Source of the DNA: Spirochaetia bacterium
Lineage (GTDB): Bacteria; Spirochaetota; Spirochaetia; UBA9216
Assembly (NCBI GenBank): GCA_963675665.1
Contig: OY776510.1
Span: 4,864,001 to 4,928,000, forward strand
Length of the DNA: 64,000 nucleotides
Direction: 5' to 3'
Shown: one piece after another, positions 17,402-26,595 of the stretch
How the letters are laid out: each line of letters starts with the position of its first letter
Numbering within the stretch: the stretch's first letter is position 1
Notes under the pieces: model-generated
The model's database searches: none
What the model saw: the letters and a program-made list of their open reading frames with translations, nothing else
What the model was told of the DNA's origin: nothing
Program-made: the position numbers and the translations under genes

Positions 17402-19156
17402 CTAATATTTCATAATGCCCATAACGGTAAAATCATCAATTTCTATTGAATCTCCGGTTGCAAGTATGTCAATCGAAAAATTATCGGATATTTTCAGTTC
17501 AGCTCCGAATTCCCCGTTTGAATTGAAATCGAAATCACCGCTGAAACTTGTATCGGGTTCGCTGTAGTTATCAAAACCGTCTTTCTGCCTGATAGTGTAA
17601 CTGTTATCCGCGTTCAGATTATCTGTGAACTGTTCATATATGAGTAAGTTATTGCCGGTTTCGAGCGAGCTTGTTGTTGCCATTGTGAATACAGCCTGCA
17701 CAGAATAACCGGCGCGAAAAGTCATCAGCTCATTTGCTCTCCACTCCGCGCTTACAGGAAGGGTAAGCTCAATTTCAGTAGTATAATTATTGTTTTTAAC
17801 TTCCCAGCCGCTCTCGGTATACAGCGTATCAGTGTCTCCGGCGTCGGCATAACTGCCGTTCCCGTTATTATCGGACTGTGTCCAGGTTGTTCTGGCCTGT
17901 GTTCTTGTATCATTTTTTATATCAAGAGAGACGGCAAGCGACGGTACCGCCGTTACCGTTGCATTATCTGCCGGTCTGAAGATTTTTTGTACCCCGCCCC
18001 CGACTTTGGTATACATATAAAGCCTGGGCTTCAGGGTTGTTACGGTTGAGGTAATTTCACGACCGGTTTCGGGATTCGCCTCGTCGGCATCGTTGTAATT
18101 GATATCAGTTATACTGTGAACTGTTTGAAGAGTTCCCATCGGGAAATCAAATCCGATATCAAACGGTACAACAACAGTAAAGCCGTCCATCGGAAGCTCG
18201 GTTATTGAACCTATGCCTGTTCCGATAGTGGAAAGGTACGCAGGAGCAGCGGTATCCATATCAAACGACGGCTGGTATGTCCAGTCATAATAATACTGTC
18301 CGCTGTATTCCTCTATCGAATCGGTATCGCGCACGGTGTCGTCAACTCCGGTACCGATATTGTAATCCGTAGTTGTTATTTCATATATGTTTCCTATTCT
18401 AAGGTTATTTGCGGACAAACCCAGCGAAACTTTGGTAACAAAATCCTGGGTATTCATACCGAATTCCAGATCAAGGGCTATATCGTTTTCATTGTTGGAC
18501 AAAAGTTTGTTTACCGTTTCGATTCGCTGACCTTTAGCAGTCAGGCTTGCTTCCGTAGGGGCAGCCGTATTGGAATAGGTATTTGTGTAATCAACATTAT
18601 GCGTATCATGCGAGTGCAGTGAAAAAAGTAATTGAACTGCTCCGGCCATACCTTCGGCTAAACTAAAAATTGAATGAGCAAGCAAATCATGATCATGAGT
18701 TGTATTTTTAATATTGTCAAAAACGTCTTCATAAATAAAATCGTACCTTCCGGTCGCCTGATTATAGGTATCATAAGTCAGTTCGATATTCTGAAAATCG
18801 TCTTCTGTTTTCTCGGTGTCTTCGCCGCCTACTTCGGAAATATCGATATCCGTCCAGGTCCTGTAATCCATCATAAAACCCAGCGTATCGCTTACAGCCC
18901 ATCCGGCGCGAAGTCCTTCTATCTGAAGGGGGTCGTCCGCACCGAACTGCTGACCGCTGTTGTCAAGGGCGAAAAACAGGGTCATCCCCTCCAGCAGGCC
19001 GGCATAGGCCGGGTTCATCAGGTAATCATACTGGTTCATACTGTTTCCGTAAGATGATATATTCGTATTTGAACCGGTAGTCGTTATGACTTCCTGTGAA
19101 AAAACAGCAAATGTCAAACACATCGTTAGAATAAGTAAAAATAATATTCTTTTCAT
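17402..19156 (-). CDS. Secreted hypothetical protein, probable outer-membrane beta-barrel
   Basis: SPI signal peptide (FAVFSQ), early NPA motif, alternating amphipathic strands (LPVSAEWR, MTFRAGYSV, GEFGAELKI) and a C-terminal aromatic residue (MGIMKY). Confidence 0.6.
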   Translation of the reverse strand: MKRILFLLILTMCLTFAVFSQEVITTTGSNTNISSYGNSMNQYDYLMNPAYAGLLEGMTLFFALDNSGQQFGADDPLQIEGLRAGWAVSDTLGFMMDYRTWTDIDISEVGGEDTEKTEDDFQNIELTYDTYNQATGRYDFIYEDVFDNIKNTTHDHDLLAHSIFSLAEGMAGAVQLLFSLHSHDTHNVDYTNTYSNTAAPTEASLTAKGQRIETVNKLLSNNENDIALDLEFGMNTQDFVTKVSLGLSANNLRIGNIYEITTTDYNIGTGVDDTVRDTDSIEEYSGQYYYDWTYQPSFDMDTAAPAYLSTIGTGIGSITELPMDGFTVVVPFDIGFDFPMGTLQTVHSITDINYNDADEANPETGREITSTVTTLKPRLYMYTKVGGGVQKIFRPADNATVTAVPSLAVSLDIKNDTRTQARTTWTQSDNNGNGSYADAGDTDTLYTESGWEVKNNNYTTEIELTLPVSAEWRANELMTFRAGYSVQAVFTMATTSSLETGNNLLIYEQFTDNLNADNSYTIRQKDGFDNYSEPDTSFSGDFDFNSNGEFGAELKISDNFSIDILATGDSIEIDDFTVMGIMKY

Positions 19157-19283
19157 ATTCTCTCCATAGTATATTTAATTCTTAACCTTTTAATTATAAC
19201 ACCGTTTCAAATTTTCCGAATGAATTTTGCAGCTTGGAAATATGAAAACCCGATATATTTTTCTATTATCATATTGTCTGACA

Positions 19284-19312
19284 TTGACAATATCTGATAT
19301 TAGTATTATACT
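19284..19312 (+). promoter_or_regulatory. Sigma70-type promoter of the transaldolase gene
   Basis: TTGACA-N17-TATACT, with the palindrome AATATC-T-GATATT in the spacer. Confidence 0.6.
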
Positions 19313-19341
19313 ATAGGCAAAAATAAGCAAAGGAGACATTA

Positions 19342-20418
19342 ATGGAATATAAAAGCCCTTTACATGAAACTGTAGAAACAACAGTTACCGATGTATGGAA
19401 TGATTCATGTTCTGTAGAAGAATTAGCATATTCAATTGAGAACGGCGCAACAGGAGCAACAACCAATCCGATAATAGTCGGAAACGTGCTGAAAAAGGAG
19501 ATGCATCTCTGGGAAGACCGGATCAGGGAACTTGTTAAAGAGATGCCGGAAGCTTCCGAGATTGATATCGCATGGAAGCTGAATGAAGAAATGGCGATCA
19601 AGGGAGCGGAAATGCTCAAACCTGTGTTCGACAAACATGACGGCATGAAGGGCCGAATAAGCATTCAGACGAATGCCCAGGATTACCGAAACTGGAAAAA
19701 AATGGCGGAGCAGGCAATCCATTTCAATACGCTTGCCGAGAACATGCAGGTAAAAATGCCGGTAACCGCCGCAGGCGTTAAGGCAATTGAAGAAGCCACA
19801 GCTGCCGGAGTAAATGTCAACGCTACAGTCAGCTTTACGGTTCCTCAGGCGCTTGCAGTTGCAGAAGCGGTAGAAAGAGGCCTCAAGAGACGCGAAGCTG
19901 ATGGCAAAGATATTTCGAAGATGACCCCTGTATGTACTATTATGGTCGGGCGAATGGACGACTGGCTGAAAGTAATACAAAAGAAAGAGAACATTGCCGT
20001 TACACCCGGCGTTATAGACTGGGCCGGAGTAGCAGTTTTCAAAAATGCCTACAGGATCTATAAGGAACGCGGATACAAAACAAGACTTCTCGCGGCCGCA
20101 TACAGAAACCATCTTCAGTGGAGCGAGTTCATCGGCGGCGATGTTGTTCTGACAATACCGTATTCGTGGCAGAAAAGATTCAACGCTTCGGACGTTGAAG
20201 TAAAAGAAAGAATGGATAATCCCGTAGATCCTGCAATCATTGATGAGCTTAAGAAAAAATTCCCTGACTTTATCAGAGGGTATGAAGCAGACGGAATGAA
20301 GCCGGAAGAATTTGAGCATTATGGTGCAACACAAAGAACACTCCGGGGTTTTATAGCCGGGTATACAGATCTATTAAGCGTTATAAGGGACTTCATGGTT
20401 CCTAATCCGGACGTATAA
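19342..20418 (+). CDS. Transaldolase family protein
   Basis: WNDS, GATTNP, Schiff-base region VKMP.T.AG, VNATVSFT..QA..VAEA and MVGRMDD. Confidence 0.88.
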   Translation: MEYKSPLHETVETTVTDVWNDSCSVEELAYSIENGATGATTNPIIVGNVLKKEMHLWEDRIRELVKEMPEASEIDIAWKLNEEMAIKGAEMLKPVFDKHDGMKGRISIQTNAQDYRNWKKMAEQAIHFNTLAENMQVKMPVTAAGVKAIEEATAAGVNVNATVSFTVPQALAVAEAVERGLKRREADGKDISKMTPVCTIMVGRMDDWLKVIQKKENIAVTPGVIDWAGVAVFKNAYRIYKERGYKTRLLAAAYRNHLQWSEFIGGDVVLTIPYSWQKRFNASDVEVKERMDNPVDPAIIDELKKKFPDFIRGYEADGMKPEEFEHYGATQRTLRGFIAGYTDLLSVIRDFMVPNPDV

Positions 20419-20510
20419 GTTCGACAGATGAAGTATTTTTGACCTGTCAATAATACTTTAGAAAGAGAGTAGAAAATAAAGATTTTCTACCCTCCTTTCT
20501 CTTCCTTGTT

Positions 20511-20540
20511 TCCCCGCTGAAAGCCGCAGCGGGGATTTTT
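20511..20540 (+). terminator. Rho-independent terminator between convergent genes
   Basis: TCCCCGCTG-7nt-CAGCGGGGA-TTTTT. Confidence 0.7.
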
Positions 20541-20589
20541 AATATCAGGAGACCCTGATAACCCCAATCCGGGTTATTGAAAAACCATT

Positions 20590-21594
20590 CTATTTGATTC
20601 TTGATTCTGTCCGCCATGGATCAGCATTTGTTCCAAGGATCTTTTTTACAGAACTGGTGGCGTTTTCAAGTTTTTCTGCTAATTCATCAGAGATTGTTAC
20701 TGCCATTGCTTCGGCATTTCTCAGCATCTGGCCAGGATTCCTGGCACCTGCTATAACTGCTGTAACTTCAGGTTTGTGAAGTAACCAGGATATCGCCGCA
20801 TCTCCCAATGAGATATCACTTTCTTTACAAATCACTCTTAAATCATCCAGAGCCTTAAATACTTCAAGCTCACAACCGGGTTCGTCATGAACAGTCCCGG
20901 GACGATCTTTTGAATAGAATCTAAGCCTTGCACGTTCTTCACTGACATCTTCCGGTTTGCTGAATTTGCCGGTAAGCAGCCCCTGTGCAAGCGGGCTGTA
21001 TGCAAGAATTCCAATCTGATTCTTCCTGCAGCATGCAGCTATCTCATATTCTACTGCCCTGAAGAGCAGACTGTAACATAACTGATTGGAGACTATTTCA
21101 GTAGATTCAATAGCTTCGGAAAGCTGACTACAACCGTGATTACAAACACCAATAGCACGTACCTTTCCTGCTGTTTTCAGTTGCTCCATCATTTTCAGGG
21201 TTTCTTCAATAGAGATCTCCGGATTAAGCCAATGCGTCTGCAATAAATCAATATAGTCAGTCTTCAGGCGCCTGAGAGACCCTTCGACAGCTTCAGTTAC
21301 CCCGGCAGCCGACATATGAGTGGTCCATATCTTGGTGGCAATAACTGCATTATTTCTTCGGCCTTCAAGTCCTTTACCTAAAACCTCTTCTGAATATCCT
21401 TCAGAATAGAATTCGGCAGTATCAAAAGTATTAATCCCGCAATCTATTGCTGCGCTGATTGTGTCAATTGATTCTTTCTCCTCCTGAGCACCCCAGGTAT
21501 ATCCGCCGCCTATTCCCCAACATCCCATGATGATGGGTGATACTTTTACATCGCTGTTGCCGAGCTTGATTAATCCATTCTTTATTGTCTTCAT
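20590..21594 (-). CDS. Aldo/keto reductase
   Basis: GINTFDTAEFY, SLRRLKTDYIDL, GKVRAIGVCN and AYSPLAQGLLTGK. Confidence 0.95.
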   Translation of the reverse strand: MKTIKNGLIKLGNSDVKVSPIIMGCWGIGGGYTWGAQEEKESIDTISAAIDCGINTFDTAEFYSEGYSEEVLGKGLEGRRNNAVIATKIWTTHMSAAGVTEAVEGSLRRLKTDYIDLLQTHWLNPEISIEETLKMMEQLKTAGKVRAIGVCNHGCSQLSEAIESTEIVSNQLCYSLLFRAVEYEIAACCRKNQIGILAYSPLAQGLLTGKFSKPEDVSEERARLRFYSKDRPGTVHDEPGCELEVFKALDDLRVICKESDISLGDAAISWLLHKPEVTAVIAGARNPGQMLRNAEAMAVTISDELAEKLENATSSVKKILGTNADPWRTESRIK

Positions 21595-21655
21595 TTATTC
21601 TCCTATAAAAAGTCAACCACAAGCTAAAAATATAAGCTTATGATCTGGTCGGATA

Positions 21656-22768
21656 TCAACCGACCATTACAGCTTCCCATGCTGCTGCCTGCATTTCCCT
21701 GTATTCTTTTCTAAAAGCCATTTTCATCGGATCAAACGGCTCTCTGGTTTTTAAAATTGTATATACCAAAGTGCTCATCTTGCGGGCGGCAGCTATTACA
21801 CTCTTACCCGAGCCTTTCTGCTTCTTCATCGCTGCATACTTCGTCATTATTCGGTACGTCCCGGTCTTCTTTTGCATACGAACCATTCCCATCACCATCT
21901 GTACGAAGGCTGTCCTCAGTTCTACAGGCCCACGCTTTGTTATATGTCCATGATGTATTGTCATATTTGAGTTCTGCACCCATGGCACAAGCCCGGCGTT
22001 TGCTGCATATTTCTTCGCACTATCATATCTGCCGATATCGTCTGTATAGGCTCTTACTGTTGCTGCTGTTATTAGACCCACGCCTGGTATTGTCTGCAGA
22101 AGCTCAACATCTTCATCGTCCTCCACAAGCTCAGCCAAAACCTTTTCAAGCTGCTTGACTTGCGATGCCTGATTATCTATCATATCCAGTAACGGTATTA
22201 CCGTTTTGGCAGCGCTTCCGTAAAAGTCGTGGTCCTCGAGACCGTTCAGGATTCGCTGCCTTTCTTTTTTACTCTGCAGCTGTCCGCGTTTGGTCTCTAT
22301 TCCATAACCAAGTAATAAGCCATGCACCTGGTTCTTTAACGACACAACAGATTTTACCAGTATCGACCTGGATTTCAGCACCCTTCGAATATCCTCACTC
22401 TCTTGGGAACATAATATCGATTCAGGCAGCATGTCTTTCTCAAGAAACTCCGCCAGGGTGCGTGCATCATGTTTGTCTGTCTTTTTTACAGATTCATTCA
22501 CTACCTTGAATTTCAAAGTATTCACTACAACCACTTCGACTCCAGCCTTTAACAGTTTATTGCGGAAATAACGGGCATTCCCGGTTGTTTCCACCGCTGC
22601 TCTCAACTCATATTCCTCTTCACAATATTCATCCAGCATTTTCAGAAATGCTCCATAACCATTTCCGCTGGTCGGATACATTCCCAATTGATCAATTTTT
22701 CGGTCTTCACTTAAAAGGCATACTGTAAACTGCGTTTTGTGAAGATCCACGCCAATACTCATCTTCAT
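21656..22768 (-). CDS. IS110 family transposase/recombinase (DEDD)
   Basis: IGVDLHK, AVETTG, KKTDKHDA, LLQTIPGVG and GLVP...NS......GHITKRG. Confidence 0.96.
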   Translation of the reverse strand: MKMSIGVDLHKTQFTVCLLSEDRKIDQLGMYPTSGNGYGAFLKMLDEYCEEEYELRAAVETTGNARYFRNKLLKAGVEVVVVNTLKFKVVNESVKKTDKHDARTLAEFLEKDMLPESILCSQESEDIRRVLKSRSILVKSVVSLKNQVHGLLLGYGIETKRGQLQSKKERQRILNGLEDHDFYGSAAKTVIPLLDMIDNQASQVKQLEKVLAELVEDDEDVELLQTIPGVGLITAATVRAYTDDIGRYDSAKKYAANAGLVPWVQNSNMTIHHGHITKRGPVELRTAFVQMVMGMVRMQKKTGTYRIMTKYAAMKKQKGSGKSVIAAARKMSTLVYTILKTREPFDPMKMAFRKEYREMQAAAWEAVMVG

Positions 22769-22803
22769 GTTCTATCTCCAATAGTTTGAAGCAGTGCCTA
22801 TAC

Positions 22804-22956
22804 GGTGAATTGTTCCATTCTCCTATCCGGTCTCGCAGACCATTGAATGTTTCGGTTACGGCTCTTCAATCTCCTAAACGGTCTCGCGGACCAGTAAAAA
22901 TGTCGAACAGTAACCTTACTGCCTCAATTAAAGTTAAGGCAGTATATCAATTCACC
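22804..22956 (-). ncRNA. Putative bridge/seek RNA of the IS110 element
   Basis: Closing stem GGTGAATTG/CAATTCACC, a 5' hairpin TACTGCCT/AGGCAGTA, and two paralogous internal loops built around GGTC(C/T)GCGAGACC hairpins with TAGGAGA arms matching the element junctions. Confidence 0.65.
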
Positions 22957-22988
22957 AGCTCATGAAGACTTTTTATCATTCCTCCTAA

Positions 22989-23726
22989 TTAGTCAAACAG
23001 CAATCCGCCATTTAAATCTATAATTTCTCCGGTAATAAATCCGGATAATTCGTCCGCAAGAAATCTTACGACATGAGCGAATTCTTCCGGTTCACAAAAT
23101 CTGTGTACCGGTATTTTATTCAGAACCTGTTGCTTTTCTTCCTCAGTCAACTGCTCTGTAACCATTGGGGTTTTTATATATGCCGGTGAAATACCGTTTA
23201 CAGTAATTCCTTCGCCGGCAAGTTCCGCAGCTAATGAAAAAGTCAGCGAAGAAACACCTCCCTTGGAAGTTGAATAAGCTGTTCCGGCAGTTATTCCACC
23301 GCTCTTGGCGGCAAGTGAAGATGTATTTATTATTCTTCCCCACCCTTTTCTTTTCATTCCCGGTATTACAGCTTTTGCTGTAAAGAACATTCCGTTAAGA
23401 TTGATATTAATAACCTGCTCCCATTCTGAAACTTCTGTCGTCTGAGATTTGTTTTTTGACAGGATCCCGGCATTATTCACAAGAATATCAATGTCCCCCC
23501 ATTTCTTTTCAATAAATTGTACAGCTTCATCAACATCAGCGGCGTTGCTTACATCGAACGCTACAGCCATAGTTTTCCCGTTATAATCGGCGGCCAGTGC
23601 ATCCAGCTTCCGCTGATCGATATCCGCCATTACTACGCGACAACCTTCATTGACTAACATCTCCGTCACCGCCTTTCCCATAATTCCGGCTGCTCCTGTA
23701 ACCAGTGCCGTTTTGTCTCCAATCAT
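22989..23726 (-). CDS. SDR family oxidoreductase (FabG-like)
   Basis: TGAAGIMG, DILVNNAG, YSTSK and ITGEIIDLNGG. Confidence 0.93.
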   Translation of the reverse strand: MIGDKTALVTGAAGIMGKAVTEMLVNEGCRVVMADIDQRKLDALAADYNGKTMAVAFDVSNAADVDEAVQFIEKKWGDIDILVNNAGILSKNKSQTTEVSEWEQVININLNGMFFTAKAVIPGMKRKGWGRIINTSSLAAKSGGITAGTAYSTSKGGVSSLTFSLAAELAGEGITVNGISPAYIKTPMVTEQLTEEEKQQVLNKIPVHRFCEPEEFAHVVRFLADELSGFITGEIIDLNGGLLFD

Positions 23727-23744
23727 CCTGATTCCTCCGTTTCG

Positions 23745-24518
23745 TCAGGCTGCTGTCCAGCCGCCGTCTACATATAAAATCTGTCCTGTTATAAACTCTG
23801 CACAAGGTGAGCAAAGGAAGGCAACCGCAGATGCTATATCGCAAAGCTCAGCAAGCCTTTTTTTTGGGATTCTTCCAAGTACCCACTCTCGACTCTTCGA
23901 ATCATCAAGTATTGATTTATTCATCATGGTTGCGGCAAATGTAGGTGCAACTGCATTAACCGATATGTTTTCCTCTGCCCATTCAATTGCAAGAGATTTG
24001 GTCATCATGTTAACCGCCCCTTTACTCGGTGCATATGCCATATCACCTGCACGTCCCTGTAAACCCCGTACCGATGAAAAATTTACAATTCTGCCCTTTT
24101 TTCGCTCGAGCATTATCCTGCCGGCCTGCTGACACATTAGAAAGGTACCTTTAAGATTTACATTCATGACAAAATCCCATTTCTCTTCCGGAAAACTTAC
24201 CGAGGGTTCCAGATGAGAGACTCCGGCACAGTTTACAAGATTATCTATGCAACCATATTTATCAGCAGCGGCATCTATACATGCTGCAGCATCAACTTTT
24301 CTGGTGATATCACATACGACCGGAAAAACCTCAATTCCTTCAGATTTCAACTTTTCTTCTGCGAGCTTCAGTGCATTCCTGTTCAAATCCACAATAACTA
24401 TCCTGCTGCCGAGCCCGCCAAGAGCCATTGCTGTTTCCAAACCCAGACCACCCCCACCTCCCGTAATTACGGAAACTGTATTTTCTATTCCATACATGTC
24501 TTTAAGATTATATTCCAT
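23745..24518 (-). CDS. SDR family oxidoreductase (gluconate 5-dehydrogenase/KduD-like)
   Basis: TGGGGGLG, NCAG, YAPSK, SLAIEWA and GQILYVDGGWTA. Start placed at 24518, after GGAG. Confidence 0.88.
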   Translation of the reverse strand: MEYNLKDMYGIENTVSVITGGGGGLGLETAMALGGLGSRIVIVDLNRNALKLAEEKLKSEGIEVFPVVCDITRKVDAAACIDAAADKYGCIDNLVNCAGVSHLEPSVSFPEEKWDFVMNVNLKGTFLMCQQAGRIMLERKKGRIVNFSSVRGLQGRAGDMAYAPSKGAVNMMTKSLAIEWAEENISVNAVAPTFAATMMNKSILDDSKSREWVLGRIPKKRLAELCDIASAVAFLCSPCAEFITGQILYVDGGWTAA

Positions 24519-24530
24519 ATTTAGCTCCAT

Positions 24531-24570
24531 GTTTGATATTTAGAATACATTTAAATTTTCTATATGTCAA
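24531..24570 (-). promoter_or_regulatory. SDR operon promoter overlapped by a putative IclR operator
   Basis: TTGACA-N17-TATTCT. The 17-mer TATTCTAAATATCAAAC is identical to 25503-25519. Confidence 0.7.
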
Positions 24571-24654
24571 TAGTGATTTTATATTTAGATTATTCGTTGC
24601 CTTATCCTGAAAAATGAGGGATAATAGTGATACAAATTTTTCAAGGAGTTCTCA

Positions 24655-25431
24655 ATGTCCGAAAGCAAATATAACGTACCTAATCTTGAGCGAGCCCTTA
24701 AAATGATAGAATTCCTATCAAAGCAACCTAAATCTTTCGGGATTTCCGAAATAGCCGATCACCTTTCTTATCCCAAAAACAGCGTATTCAGAATTCTTAA
24801 AACTCTGGTAAACCAGGGATATATGATTGAAAACAGCAATCAGTATCAGCTCAGTACAAAATTTCTGGCTGTAGGTTACAACGCACTCGGAGAATCCAAT
24901 CTCACGGGTAAAGCAACTGATTCGATGATAGAACTTCGTAATGAATCTCATGAAACAGTAATATTGGGAAAGATTACAGGTTCTGAAGGTGTTGTTCTTG
25001 ATGTTATTCTTAGTGATGAGCCGGTAAAATTCGTTATTGATGTCGGTCATCATTTTAAATTACATACTTCAGCCCCCGGAAAAGCCATACTTGCTTATAC
25101 CGCAGAAGAAGAACGGCATAAAATCATCGAGGGAATAGATTTTATTGTATATAACGAAAATACGATAAAAGACCGTTTTCAATTTGAAGAAGAATTAAAA
25201 AGGGTCAGGGAAAAAGGATACGGAGTAGATCAGGGCGAAAAAATAATCGGTCTGCATTGTCTGGCCGCACCTATATTTAATTACCAGAAACAGCCTATCG
25301 CCGCCATATGGATAACCGGACCGTCTTTCCGAATGCCTGTTGAGCGTTTTGATGAGTACGGTGCAATGGTTAAAAAGTATGCATACCGGATTTCCTCGCA
25401 GTTTGGTTATGATCAGGTGATTCATGAATAA
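24655..25431 (+). CDS. IclR family transcriptional regulator
   Basis: VPNLERALKMIE, HTH YPKNSVFRILKTL, HTSAPGKAILA and G.HCLAAPIF. Confidence 0.95.
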   Translation: MSESKYNVPNLERALKMIEFLSKQPKSFGISEIADHLSYPKNSVFRILKTLVNQGYMIENSNQYQLSTKFLAVGYNALGESNLTGKATDSMIELRNESHETVILGKITGSEGVVLDVILSDEPVKFVIDVGHHFKLHTSAPGKAILAYTAEEERHKIIEGIDFIVYNENTIKDRFQFEEELKRVREKGYGVDQGEKIIGLHCLAAPIFNYQKQPIAAIWITGPSFRMPVERFDEYGAMVKKYAYRISSQFGYDQVIHE

Positions 25432-25440
25432 CGTATTTTG

Positions 25441-25519
25441 TTCTAAATATGTAATAGTATTCTAAATATAAACTTTATCTTGACAAATACAATTACAAAC
25501 GTTATTCTAAATATCAAAC
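25441..25519 (+). promoter_or_regulatory. TRAP operon promoter with three TTCTAAATAT operator boxes
   Basis: TTGACA(25480)-N17-TATTCT(25503). TTCTAAATAT occurs at 25441, 25460 and 25505. Confidence 0.7.
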
Positions 25520-25535
25520 ACTAAGGAGGCGAAAA

Positions 25536-26531
25536 ATGAAAAGCCCTAAAATATCAATTATTTTGATGGTCATGCTATTTTTAACCACAGCACTTTATGC
25601 CGGCGGCCAGCAGGAACCCGGAGATGTAAAAACAATAGAGCTCAGGTATGCAACAGTACATCCTGCTTCATATCCAAACGGTATCGCAGCAACAGCATTT
25701 GCTGAAGAAGTAGAAAAGCAGACTGAAGGCCGGGTAAAAGTAACCGTCTATTACGCAGGAGAACTTGGCGACCAGAAGAGCTATATTGAACAGTGTCAGA
25801 TGGGAACTCTTGATTTTGGAGATACAAGCGCATCACCAATGGTATCATTCGTTCCGGAGATGGGAGTTCTCTCCATGCCTTTCCTTTATGAAAGCCGCGA
25901 ACAGAAATGGGAAGTGCTCGGATCTGAAATCGGACAGGAACTTCTTGCAACCTGTGAAAATGCAGATCTTTATGGTGTATGCTTTTTTGAAGCCGGCGCC
26001 CGATCCTATTATGCAAAAACCCCGATTAGAACGATGGAAGATCTGCAGGGACTGAAAATCAGGGTAATGCAGAGCCAGGTTTGTATCGACCAGGTTAATG
26101 CAATGGGAGCTTCAGCTGTACCCATGGCTTTCAGCGAAATCTACAGTGCTATTCAGTCCGGTGTAATTGATGGAAACGAATGTAACCATCCTACATACCT
26201 TTCACAGAGCCATTATGAGGTTTGTCCTTACTTCACCTTTGACGAACATGTACAAATCCCTGATATGCTTATAGCAAGTAAAATTTCATTAGACAAGCTT
26301 AACCCAAAAGACAGGGAAATCGTTCTTGGAATCGGAAGAGACTTGTGGAAAACACAACTCAAAGCCTATGAAGACAACGAGCAGGTTGCCTACGATACTC
26401 TGGTAGAAAAAGGTATTGAGTTTATTACACTTCCTCAGTCTGAAATCGATAAACTCAGGGCATCAGTTGCTCCGGTTTACGACAAATACGAAGCCGAGTA
26501 CGGCGTATGGGTAGGCAAGATTAAAAACTAA
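25536..26531 (+). CDS. dctP: TRAP transporter substrate-binding protein (DctP)
   Basis: Signal peptide (YAGGQQE), DLQGLKIRVM, GASAVPMAFSEIYSAIQSGVIDG.E.N. Confidence 0.95.
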   Translation: MKSPKISIILMVMLFLTTALYAGGQQEPGDVKTIELRYATVHPASYPNGIAATAFAEEVEKQTEGRVKVTVYYAGELGDQKSYIEQCQMGTLDFGDTSASPMVSFVPEMGVLSMPFLYESREQKWEVLGSEIGQELLATCENADLYGVCFFEAGARSYYAKTPIRTMEDLQGLKIRVMQSQVCIDQVNAMGASAVPMAFSEIYSAIQSGVIDGNECNHPTYLSQSHYEVCPYFTFDEHVQIPDMLIASKISLDKLNPKDREIVLGIGRDLWKTQLKAYEDNEQVAYDTLVEKGIEFITLPQSEIDKLRASVAPVYDKYEAEYGVWVGKIKN

Positions 26532-26546
26532 TTTTCTGAACATGTC

Positions 26547-26583
26547 GCTTCAGCAGATTCTGCAATCTGCTGAGGCGTTTTTT
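26547..26583 (+). terminator. Intercistronic stem-loop after dctP (attenuator or mRNA stabiliser)
   Basis: GCTTCAGCAGATT-4nt-AATCTGCTGAGGC followed by a T run. Confidence 0.55.
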
Positions 26584-26595
26584 AAGGAGGCGATC

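Larger units (their letters stand above)
21597..22981 (-). mobile_element. IS110-superfamily insertion sequence with IS1111-like sub-terminal inverted repeats
   Basis: Transposase plus a 200-nt structured upstream non-coding region. 10-bp sub-terminal IRs ATAAAAAGTC (21605-21614) and GACTTTTTAT (22967-22976). Outward TTGACT at the right end. It separates an SDR stop codon from the AKR start codon. Confidence 0.85.

Noticed and set aside
19432-20334. 300-aa minus-strand ORF
   Set aside because: Antisense shadow of the transaldolase gene with no recognisable motifs.
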